The position numbers and the translations under genes are program-made. Below, piece by piece: positions 1 to 11,435 of a stretch of 64,000 nucleotides of DNA (position 1 is its first letter; each line of letters begins with the position of its first letter). A model generated the notes under the pieces. It saw only the letters and a program-made list of their open reading frames with translations, was not told the DNA's origin and did no database searches. Origin of the DNA: Minutocellus sp. GHC0000111 (lineage: Eukaryota); NCBI GenBank assembly GCA_977018835.1, contig OZ361258.1, forward strand, positions 3,286,001 through 3,350,000, written 5' to 3'.

Positions 1-49
1 CTTTTCTTGTGTTGATCTGCTGCGTCACATTCTCGATAACACACCGCAG

Positions 50-331
50 GCCAAGGAATTGGCTGCCGCCGCCGCCGATTCGGACGATGGTTCTTCGGTT
101 TCCAGCAGCAGCAGTTCGTCCAGCTCCTCCAGCTCTTCGGACAGCGGCAGTGACTCCGAGGACGAGAAGCCCACCAAGAAGGAGGACAAGTCCAAGGCCA
201 AGGCTGCTGCTCCCGCCAAGAAGGACGACAGCAATTCCGATTCTTTGGATTCCGACTCATCCGACAGCGACAGTTCCGACGATGAAGATGACAAGCCCGT
301 TGCCAAGAAGGCCGCTGCCGCCGCCAAGTAA
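50..331 (+). CDS. Last exon of a Ser/Asp-rich, Lys/Ala-rich low-complexity protein (Nopp140/nucleolin-like acidic-basic repeats); gene starts left of the window
   Basis: Pyrimidine-rich tract and acceptor CCGCAG ending at 49; frame AKELAAAAADSDDGSSVSSSS...DEDDKPVAKKAAAAAK-stop with alternating acidic-serine and K/A blocks. Confidence 0.55.
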   Translation, partial: AKELAAAAADSDDGSSVSSSSSSSSSSSSSDSGSDSEDEKPTKKEDKSKAKAAAPAKKDDSNSDSLDSDSSDSDSSDDEDDKPVAKKAAAAAK

Positions 332-1980
332 GACGGCAGTTCTGATTCTTCCGACCCTCAAGGCTGGTGGTGGCAGCAACGCCTCGACGCTTCTACCTCG
401 GTGGATGGCTGAGCGGCGGCGGCACGAACCTTTTGACAGCATTCTCCCGGCCAGTCTTGTTCACGGGGGAATTCCTAGCTAGCTAGCTACGTAGGAGGTA
501 GCTAATGAATAATCTCGATTATGGCTTGCTGCATTGCTGCACCGGTAGGCACATGATGACGATAAACGTTTGACGTAGATTTTACTTATACATGTAGGTT
601 CAAGATTGCTGAATTGCCACTCATTGAAAAGTCCATCTCACATCTTGACAACCAGTGACCAATCGACAATTGAAGCGAAAGCCCTCACCCTTCCCGCGAA
701 CCTGGTTCCTCCCGGAAGCTTGCTCAGTCTTTAGAACATCTACAAGACGAGAACAACATCGGGGCGGGTTCTGAAGATTTCTTTTAAGAAACTATAGGCT
801 GGACAAGAAGAGTTCGCAATTGTACATTCGCTGGCCGCGAATCCAAGCTACGCAGAATAATGTCCCAGCCCTGTGTACCCCACCAGTTGCTAATTGGATC
901 TATCACATTGAATCTAGAAAGCAAGCTGGTGTCGATTCGAAGGGTTGGGTAGACGCTAATGCTAAACCTATTTGTATTATCGGGGATGTTTCGCTTCCGC
1001 TTCATCAGTGGCTTTTGAGAAAGATCCGTCGTGATGAGGTTGTCTCGTGCACTGATCACTCAACGAGAAAAAAATTCGGAATGATATCCCGTGAATTGTG
1101 ATTTCCGTCAAGAGAAAATAATGTTCTGAGATTCAGTGCTATCATCACGTAAAAACAACAAAATTTCCTGAGATGAAAAAAATGCAGTTTCGTTTTCAAC
1201 CTTTTGAGTTCTGACTTTTACTTCTTACTTCATTTGCAATCTGTGATGCTGCTGTCTTCTCAACTCAACTGATTTGCTGATTTCAACGGTATCAAGAGTC
1301 TCAGACTCCAGTGGGATGAGTTGCAACAGAAGCGCCTCTTGAGCCTCTCCCTGCTCTCACCCACCTCAAACAGTCTCCCCCTACTCTAAGAGTAGTGTGA
1401 ACACCGACAGCAGACAAGAGTTAGAGTTAGTCAACATGCAGTCAGATTGTAATCAGGGGCGGTGTAGTGGTAGAACAATGGTACGATTTGATCAACTGTC
1501 GTAGGACCCGCGTCGGTTTGAGTTTCTGCACGGAGTGACAGGAACTACGCCGGTGATCCAACTTTGTTCTGTTTTCTGGGGTACTCTTCAGGTTGTTGTC
1601 ACTGCACCTTTTGTCCTTTGGGTCGCCTCCTACTATGATGGAAGTTCTTGTTGAAGAATCTGCAAATCTGCCGTCGTTAGCCAGTCGTGGTGGGGTGCCT
1701 TGGTGCCTTCATGCTACGTAGAAATTCCTTCGTCTAACTAAAGTTGGCTGCGATGAATTAATTGACTAGGAATTCCTACGTAGCTCGACTGGGTGGTGTT
1801 TGGCTGCGATTAATTTGGAATCTACCATATGTTGCCTGGCTACCTGGCGTCATTGAAGAGGCTGGAATGAGTGGCGCTGCTGGCTGGCTAGATTGGAATT
1901 GTTGACCATGGTTGTTGTTGAAGTCATTGAATGTGTGCTGTCGTTTTTGTTGCAAGTGCAGCTCTTTGTGTCTAGAGTCA

Positions 1981-3270
1981 GTTGTGTGCAGCATTTAAAT
2001 GTAAATTGGCAGAGAGGGAGAGAGATTTCACTTCATTCAGTGTGAGGACACTTGCTTCTTTCTGTGTGCAACCGGGAGGGAGAGAGAGAGAAGAGATTGC
2101 AACACAAGGAAGAGTTGTCTGTGAGACTGAGTGAGTGGCAGGCTGCTGGTGGTGGAACGTGTGTGTGTGTGTGTGGGCATGCATGTGCAGGGCAAGCGGG
2201 TTTCGGTAAACAATGGATGGAACAGAAGAGAGAGGTGGGGGTGGGGGGCAGAGAGGTGACAACACATTGCCAGTTGTTGTTGTTGTTGTTGTGGGTGCTT
2301 TTGTGGCAAGCAGGAGGATCAGCAGAACACATGAGTACCGTAGGCAAAGGGTTGTTAGACAGATGAATGGCGGCTGACAGGGGGGGCTGTTGCTGATGCC
2401 ACACCACCCTGACTGTGTGTTTGTGTGTGCAGCAAGGAACTCCTGTGTGTGTCATTGTGATGCAGATGCAGTGCAGAGCTGTGTAGCAGGTGCACAGAAA
2501 GGCACAACAGCTGCAGCAGTGGAGAGAGAGAGTGTCTGGTGTGGTCCTGGCCAACCAACTGAGCAGAAACACACAAAACTCCAGTTGCCATGCATGCATC
2601 TGCTGCTAGCTACTAGCAGCTGCACATAGCATCTGTTGCTAGCAGCTAGCGTCGCTGCTGCTGCCACTACATCCATCCACTGCTGATGATGCCTGGCTGC
2701 CCTTCTTTCTTCTTGCTTGTTTGTTCACTCATTCTCACTCATTCATCGTCCGTCTTCGTCGCTCATCTTAGCTCGTCAGTCCTCACTTTTTGCTGGGGGC
2801 AGGCACACACACACTTGCTGGGGGCAGGCACACACACGTGTGCGCGCGCACTGATTTATGGCGTGATGCACATGCACATTCATTCTCCTTTTACATGTGC
2901 AGTTAGAGGGTGGCCACGGTGTCGACTTTTCTGGCGGTGGTGTTTTGGCAGCTGCTGCTGCAGTGAAGGGGTGCGTGAAGAAGGAAGGGGCACATGGCGA
3001 TGGGGTGACAAAAAAGTCACAGACAACATGGATGGAACTCTTGCTGCCGGCAGTAGCAGGGCCAGCCTCTCTCTCTGTGTTGCAGTAGCTGTTGCAGTGT
3101 CTGTGTGTGCGTGTGTGTTTTTGTGTTCCGAAAAGGGGGGAAATCACCTGATTTTGCCTTCTCTCAACTAACTCTCATTTTCTCTCTCTCTCTCTGTGTG
3201 TGTGTTGTCCTCTTCCCCCTCCTCCTCCTCTCTCTCCTTTTCTCTCTTTTTCTCTTTCGCCTCCAAGGAG
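1981..3270. repeat. Degenerate low-complexity/repeat-derived tract with microsatellites ((GT)n ~2159-2174, (TTG)n ~2273-2291, (CT)n ~3180-3195), depleted in CG and TA
   Basis: No credible ORF; TG/CA-rich; AGGAATTCCTAC palindromes nearby at 1768 and 3275. Confidence 0.5.
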
Positions 3271-3743
3271 AAGTAGGAATTCCTACAAATGCTTGCAGAG
3301 GCATTCGTCTGTCCGTGGTTTGCTGGCATGTCAGAGCTACTCTAAGCTACGTAGCTAGCTACGTAGCTAGACCGATAGACCTGCATGTCAATCAATCAAT
3401 CAATCGAACACGGGTGATTTGGGGGGTGGGGCGGCTAATTTTGGGGAGGAGCGGTGTGGCGGGCGCGGGAATGGAGGTGCCGGCGTCTGGCGGGCAGGCT
3501 CGGAAAAACGCCGCAACCATGTTCATTTGAGGCGGGCGCAAGCGTGGTTGTGGGTTGCGTTTGCAGCGTGTGTTCACCTCGTACCAGCGGCTGTTCCTTT
3601 CGTTTGATTGGCTCGCTTTGTGCTGTTGTGCATTGCACTACAAGCGTTGCATCTGCAATAAATCCGTATCCGCACAAAAAAAGGCACATCACACATCACA
3701 CATCACTACCGCTTTAGTTAGCGTTGCAGCAGCAGCTGTCAAG

Positions 3744-6700
3744 ATGGCTGAAGGTGCCACATCCGCCGGTGCTGCTGCTGCAGAGGACGAGGACTCGACC
3801 ACAAGAGTGCTGCGTCGCGGTGATCTGGTGAAGGTCCTCGAACGGTACGTTCAATTCTGTTAGTGTTGCGTCCCCTTGCATGTATGTCGATCGCCTCCTC
3901 TGCTGCGTCCATGTCACAACGAGCCGCTCGCCGCCAAAAATGTATTTGAATGTCCAACCATTTCTTTGTTTCCAAGTATTCCAAATCCTTTGTCTACACC
4001 ACATGAAATCCAACCATATTTGTGTCCTTTACTTTGTATCTCATTCATTCAGGAGCGGTCCAAACGTAAAGGAATGGCCTGAGGGACTTGCGAGAATTCT
4101 GAAATCTGTAAGAATACCGGAGGATGAGATGTCGGAGCTGACTGATGCCGATTCTGAAACTGATGCTAAAGACAAGGCGGCACATCCTTATCGATACGAC
4201 ATTGAATGGGTCCTAGGTGGTCGGGCTTCGAATGTAGAGCGGCGCGAATTAGTGTACACAACTGAGGGCATGCTGGACGGTGGACCGCGTCGGAAGCGCA
4301 AGGCGGCTACTGAGCCCGCCAAAACGACAGCAACAACGTCGACAAAGCAGGCAACTAAAAAGAGGACCAAGGCGGCTTCTGGTGGTGCCAAGGGTAGAAA
4401 GAAGGCATCTGCTACCTCCTCAACTAAAAAACCTGCAGGTGCAAGTAGCAGCAGGTCCAAAGGTGCTGGGAAGAGGAAGCTCCAATTTCATGCGGACGAT
4501 CCCCTCTTGTCGACGAACGATGCCACGAAACAATCTGGAAAGGATATATATGAGAAACATCGCCGTGAGTTTGAACGTATGCTTGCTCGGATTGAGAAGG
4601 TTGATCAGTTTGGATTCTTTTTGGACGATGTCCCTCCTGAGCATGACGACGGTGGTGACAACAACTCTAACGACAATGCAGCAACATCTGCTGCACCAAT
4701 GGCAATTGACGAAGCCGTCGCAAATCATTGTGGCGGCGCCAGCAGCAGCTTGGAGGAGAAGAAGGATGAGGAAGACTCTGTACCAGTTCCTCCACCAAAT
4801 ACATGCCCAAAGGTTGCGAACGATGTGGATTCCTCGGCGTTGCGAGCGCCCTATAATTGGGCCGTGATCAAGAAGCGGGCCGAGAAAGGCAGATATGTTG
4901 CCGACCGTCAGAAACAAGTTGATGGCAAATTGCAGCAATTGCAACAATCGTATCGAGCCTGGTTGGAAAAAGAAGCATTGGATCCCACCTCTGCACAGCG
5001 ACTTGCCTCAATTGAGCGGCCGACCTCGCTTGTCATGGAAGAGAAGACTCGGGATGGCGCTACTACTAAGGATGACGGTGATGCAGCATTAGCAACTACT
5101 GATAGAGGAAACAGTAGCTCTGAGGGAAGTGGTTATCGTCGTTTCCAAATCCCAAATCCCAAAGGTGTTGACTGGGATCTCTTTCGGCAGGATGTCCTCG
5201 ACATGTGCGATGCTGCAGTGGCCAGGGACCCTGTTGAGGGAGAGGATGATGGGCCAGGAACTTTGGGCTATGCCATCAAGAAGATCAAGGAGGTGAGATT
5301 GGTTCAGGTGGCCAATCGTAACATGTTTTTACGTTCTGTCGTATGTTCGCCTTCTTACATCCGGATTTACTTTCATTTGCTAACACTTTGAATTGATTAC
5401 TATCGGAACAAACAAAACCAATTAAAAGACACTGGACCAAATGTATACCAAAACGGGGCAGCGTCAAATGGCCGAGCTGGAGTCTGCAGATATGAGGCAA
5501 AAGTATGTGGATGCTCTCCAGAATACCGAGAATCACGAGGCGGCAATGCAGTGCGATTGGCGCAAGGAAGCTTTCCCAGAGCGTCGATATGAGCGTTTAG
5601 AGCGGAAGAACGTCATCTGCGCCGGGTTATCGTCCGTTGATGAGCGAAGTGCGGTCTACGAGCTCAAGACCAGCTTGCCCGATAGCTTCGTCGGTCTTTC
5701 CTACACATACGATGACATGTGCCAGTCAGAGGGTTGGATGAAGACGGTCGTTGACGAGGCAGACAAGAGCAATCGAAAGCGCACTAAGAAGAAAAAGAAG
5801 GACGCAGATGATGCCGGTTCTGTAGCTGAGGAGACCGGCATCACCAGTAAGGAAGCAACTGCTGTTACCCTTGACGCTGAAACTCAAAAGGAGGTGTCTA
5901 AAGCTCTCTCTGCGGACGATGGCGTTGTCAGAGCTCAGGTTCGAACGACGATGGATATACTGTTGATTGGCGTACAGGATAAGGTCATGACCGACGCTCG
6001 CATTCTAAAGCATCCTGAAGTCCGCAGTGCCAATTGGGATGACGGCGACCAATCTAGACGAAACTCTGATCCAGGAGCCACCGTCAGTAGCGCTGACGGC
6101 TTGGGTACAGCCACAATGAGTTCAGATCTAGATACTTCCGATATAACGCAGATGGAGAAGCGTGAGCCAGAGGTCGCGGAGCAACCCGTCTGGGGCATGG
6201 ATTGCTATACGCGAAAAAATATCGCCATCTGTCTCGAAAAGGATCTCGACTCTGCCGTTGCCTCCGAGTTCATTGAACGGTGGCTCCTTCCGGCCATCAA
6301 TTCTTGTCCTGTCGATGTGGCTCACGACATTTCCTGTGCTGCGCGTGTGCTAGAGGGCCTTCCACCGATTGCAACACCTCCTCCTCCTCTGCCCGCCAAC
6401 AATAAGGGAAAATGAGGAAGTGGTAGTAAGCCCAGCGCGGTTGCCGAGAGCACTGGCGGCACTTCCGAGGGCGGCAGCCACGTCTTCCTCAGCAATGCTC
6501 TCAAAGCAAAGATCGATGCCTACGGGCCGCCCTGGCTCAAGGATGCCGCTCACAGATTGAGGCTGGCAGTCGAGACGCTTGGTACCTACCTCTTCCGAGT
6601 ACACCCCAAGGGTCACGGGTCAGTGGTTCTTAAGAAGAGTGGTCTCAAGTCAAATTCTCTCGTGACACATTACCGAGGAGAGATTTATCCGCCGTGGCGT

Positions 6701-9700
6701 TGGGGCGAGAAGCTTGATGCCATTGAGAAGACACAGCAGCGGATCGGACTTCGCCCAACCCTCCCAGATTTTTACAATATGGCACTCGAGCGCCCTCGTG
6801 TCGACCCTCGTGGATTCGGGTTGTTGTTCGTCGATGCGTCTCGCAAGGCTGGCCTTGGTTCTTCCTTCTCCCATTGCTGCGACCCGACATGTGAGGTGAA
6901 GGTCGTGGCCGTAAATGGCGAGCTTTCTCTCGCCATGACGACCTTGCGTGACCTGGAATGTGGAGAGGAGCTGACATTTGACTACCATGCGGTCACGGAG
7001 TCAGTCAATGAGTATCACGCAGCCATCTGCCTTTGTGGGCACAAGAATTGTCGTGGTTCCTTCCTTCATTTCGCAACTGCCGACTGCTACCAGCAAGTTC
7101 TAAGTCGCAACGCTCCCATTGCCGTTCAGTTCGCCAACCTCGCCAAAGGCTGCATCAAGGAGATTCTTTCCAAGGAGGACAGGAGGGTTCTGCAGAGCCA
7201 CGGCTTCGGCACCGCGGCTTTTGGCGCCTGTAGTTTCAATCACCACCGTCGTGGAGAGAACGAGGAGCTCGATTCGCTGGACAATGTTCCGATATGGCTG
7301 AAGACCTTTGCCGCAGATACGTTGCGTTATATCGAGTACGAACGCCGGGCTCTCCCAATTGCTCTTCTTTCAAACCATTTCTCTCAGGGCGGCGTGCCGT
7401 TCACAAATGCAAACGATGATGCCACCGAGGACCAGGCAGCAACGAAAGAGCCGTCGAAAGGCAAAGGAAGAAAGTCCTCCTCGTCTTCGAGATCCAAGAA
7501 GGGTGGGAAGAAGGCCAAGCCTTCCAGCTCCAACAGCAGTAAAAAGGCGGATGCTAAGAAGTCTCCTCCCTTCGACGAGAGCCTCATACCCTCAGAGGAT
7601 AGGAAGGCGGTCTCTGGTTGCAGGCCTGTCTCGGCATTTTTCTTCTTCTCCAAGCAAGAGAAGGATACGTTCATGAAATCTGTCGAGGAGCAAGGGTTGG
7701 GCCACCTCACTGGACTTGACTTGAACCAGGCGATGCAGAAAATTGCAGGCACTGTTTGGCGCAGCTTGAGTGAAGAGAAGAAGCAAGTATGGAAAGATAG
7801 GGCGCACGCTGAATGGGAGGAGAATGGCGGCAAAGAAAAGGCCAAGCTTGAAGAGGAACGACAAGTTCGTGTCAAAGCAATCAAGGACGCCGCCAAGGTT
7901 GAGAGAGACAAGGCAGAAGAAGTGAAGCGAAAGCAGGCCGAGGCTGTTGCCAAGTCCAAGAAGAAGAAGCAAAAGGTCGAAACTAATATCGAGACCAACA
8001 AGATATCGTTTGAGGCAGCAGATGCGGAGGGATGGGCTGCCATGGAGCAGCGCATTCATCAGCTCACTCAAACACTATCTCGAGTCGGCCGTGTCATTGA
8101 TCGCCACCGCGAAGCCGTCTTTGAATCGTCTCCCACAAATGCTGATGGAAGGCCATCCTCTGACCTTGGTCCCAACGTCCACTCTCCGCTGACATGATGT
8201 CAGATGAGCACGTTGTAGGATTGCTATGGAGTCATCCATCGGGTATCGTCCAGACTCTCATCCGCCAAGTCGGCCAAGCTCCGTGGTCGAACACTCCCAT
8301 ATTCAAGAGCGTCGTGGAAGCCATTGTAAAGCACAAGCTATTGTGCGGTTGTGCTTTCCCATCAAAGGACGGAAGGTTGTCGTATTCTCCTATCGCCGCC
8401 AAGATTGCTCCAGAAGAGAAGCTTCCATCATCAAAGGCGCGCCGCCTAGTCACCGCGGCTTTGTTGGAAATGCGGGAAGCAATCATCGCTGGCATCCAGC
8501 AAATGGAGACAGAGGCGACACAGCACGACAAGGAAGTGGCAAAAGCGAAGAGGGAAGTAGCGCGCCGAAAGAGAGAGGAAAAGAAGAAGGCCGAAGAGGC
8601 CGAAAAAGGCCCTGGGGCAGGTCCTGAGGATGCCACTAGTGGTCCCTCTGGTACTCAACGCGATACTTCTGCACCAGTCGAAGCTGGATCAAGCCACGGC
8701 CCAACTTCTGATCCAGGCCAGATGTTTGCTGCTGCAAGCGATGGAGGGGCAGCAGCCTCGATACCGAGCAAAGTCGACACATCCACCACTACAAGTGCAC
8801 CAGCGAGCGAAACAGCCGCTACCGCCGCTGCTGCACTATCAGCACTCGAGAGCAAGGGACTTCCCTGGCAGGAACAACTCGAGCAGAAAAACAAGCTGGA
8901 ATCTGCCGCTGACTTGCTCCTGATGTACGCGCATACGTCCACCTTCTTCTCACTGAAGCCCTACAAGACCTTTGAATCCACCCCAATTGAAGTTTACGCC
9001 AGAGAATTGGGCAATGCTGTCCCTCGATCTTTGGTCGAGGGTGCTGGGCCAGTAGCAGCCAAGTCTAAGGCGGAAGTCGGTACGGAAGTCAGCTCCACCC
9101 CGGTAGCCATCAAGGGCGCTTCGGAAGAGAGTTCCAAGATGGAAGATACGGCAGCTGCAACGGCAAAGGCCTCGGGATCTGGAAATTCCAGCTCCAGAGT
9201 CAATTCTGAAGGCGATATTTGCGAGCCGGACCAAGTCGTCACTTCTGTGAATGTTGTTTATCCGGGCCACTACGTCCTCTCGTGCCTTCTCCAATGGTAT
9301 TTGGGCGGAATATCTCTCAAGTCTGGTCTGCCCGACATGAATGGTTGCATCGTACTGCCAACGATGGCATCATGCTGGTCTGAAAAAGCCAATGACATTT
9401 CGCACCAGCAGACAAAAGCATCTGGGAGGTCTCGATCGTCCAAGGCTGCAGCGTCCTTGAGCCCTACTACGTACGATTCCGAAGTTCGTCCAAACTTGGT
9501 TGAATGGTTCGAGGATCGGCACAAGAGAGGCAGCCCTTGGCCGGAGGAGCTTCTGCGCTACTTCCCCCCGCCTTCTGCGAGTGACGATGCTTTGCTAATT
9601 ATGGGATCGCCGGTACTGGACCTCCTCATCACTGGCAACGACGAGAACATCGATGAGGTTGTCGACGGTCTCCAGTACGGCAATTCCGATGCTGATGATT

Positions 9701-11312
9701 CTGACAAGCGCAAGAAGCGGAGGGGTAAGAAGTCAGCCGCCGAGAGACTTCAGTCATCCATGGACGAAGGCATGCCTGCTCAGGCGGTCGCAAATTGGGT
9801 CCAATGCGAAAATCCAGAGTGCATGAAATGGCGGAAGCTTCCCTGGCACGTCGACGTCGACTTGCTTCCTGAAAAATTCTATTGCAAGGACAACAAGTGG
9901 AATCCTGGCTACGACAATTGCGATGCTCCCGAGGACGATTGGGATATGGCTGATGCACCGGTCAAATTCAACGAGATCCCACTGGAGGAATTCAAGCCGG
10001 GCGGTGAGTACTCTACCTAGGTATAGATGATCGGTGTAGCTACGCGTTTGATTTATTCTCGTCCCGCCCTCTTCCCTCACTCCATCACATATATATATCT
10101 TTCCCAACATATGCCGCTTCAACCAATAATCATATTACTTTCACAGCCAAATTCGATGTCATCCGAAAAGACAGGGATTACTACACAGAAGGAACCGTCC
10201 TTGAGGTTGACTTTGAATCCTCGGTAAAGCGGGTTTACTTCCGTTTCCGAGGCATGCCGGATAAATGGAACGAGTGGGTCGAGGCAGAATCGACAAGGAT
10301 TGCGCCACACCAAGCCTATACCAGGGCTCCCATCACCAAGAAGCCTGCTGCCACGGCCAAGGCCAAGGCCACAAAGAAACCAGAGAAGAAGAAGGGGGGA
10401 GACAACAAGAAGCGCTCGGCCACTCCGAGCAGCGTTGCTACTAGTAGTTCTGCCGACGCCGACTCTTCGTCAGCACCACCCTCAAAACGGCCCAAGGCAA
10501 ATGTAGACGTTGGAGCCTTAAGGGACGGTATCGTTGGCAGTGGTCCTTCGCAAGCGTCGAACAAGCCTCCGCGGGTAGTGGAGATTCAGACAAATGTCAA
10601 CATGGCACAATTTGCCCACCATCTACAAGGCGGCGTTTCTCATCCGCAACATCAGCGACCGGCACCGAGTGGAACGCAGGCACAACAAGCCCAGCTCTTG
10701 CAGCAGATGCGAGCAGGACAAAGGCCCCAGGACGACCAGTCGCTGCAACAGCTCCTGTTGATCCAGGAGCAGGAGCGACGGCTTCAATATAATCGAGCGA
10801 TCCAACAGAGGCAGCTGCAGCTACAACAGCAGCAGTACCAGCGTGTAGCTCCTCACAGCGGGCAGCAAATCCACCACCAGTCTGACCGATATGGACAAGC
10901 AGGCCTCCAGCAACACCACGAGGCACAGAGTTTGAATATTTCTCTTCAAGGTTTCCAAAGTCAAGATTATAGGTTGCAAGCCTTGGCAGGCACACTCCAA
11001 GACGAGCGCCTTGGGCTCGAACATCGTTTGCGAGAATTGCAGGAACAGAGATATGCTGCCGCCGCCGCAGCCGTGCGTGCGCTTGATCGCGGCGTTCCTG
11101 CTTCTTCTGCTTACTCCAACGCACCCGCATATTCGAATGCAGCAGCTGCTCGACAAGTGGGTGGTCCAACTCACCAGCAGCCATTGCCCTCCTCAACTTT
11201 GGCTGGGACCCGCCCGAGTGTACAGCAACCCTCGGACAGCAGGCCTGGTAGTGGAGGTGCTGGACAGCAGCAAGGGCAGAATCAACACACCATGGGAAAT
11301 CCTCACAGATAA
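3744..11312 (+). CDS. Large SDG2/ATXR3-like SET-domain histone H3K4 methyltransferase with HMG box, CW zinc finger and C-terminal Tudor/chromo-barrel-like domain; introns ~3845-4052, 5293-5428, 10004-10146; apparent frameshifts near 6410, 6555 and 8195
   Basis: GEIYPPWRWGEK...PDFYNMALERP...LLFVDA...SHCCDPTC...ELTFDY...CLCGHKNCRGSF matches the ATXR3/SDG2 SET/post-SET pattern; RPVSAFFFF...WRSLSEEKKQVW (HMG); WVQCENPECMKWRKLP...FYC...WNP...C (zf-CW); RFRGMPDKWNEWV (Tudor-like). Confidence 0.85.
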
Positions 11313-11435
11313 GCTACATGTACTAATAGTATAATAAACAGACTATAGTACGAAACCTGTGTAATTAATTTACATGTATGTAATTACTGTAAGCATAGAG
11401 GGCTAGGCTCATCGATGACCAAAGATAGCTCATCA

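Noticed and set aside
784..1101. Short ORFs of ~90 aa on both strands
   Set aside because: Non-ATG starts, no recognisable family, no splice support
1456..1535. tRNA-like start GGGGCGGTGTAGTGGTAGAACA with weak B-box GGTTTGAGTTT
   Set aside because: No acceptor stem pairing or anticodon arm could be built; cannot support a tRNA or SINE
6400..8200. Programmed ribosomal frameshifting in the SET gene
   Set aside because: Similar breaks occur in unrelated essential genes such as SEC61A; sequencing error is more parsimonious
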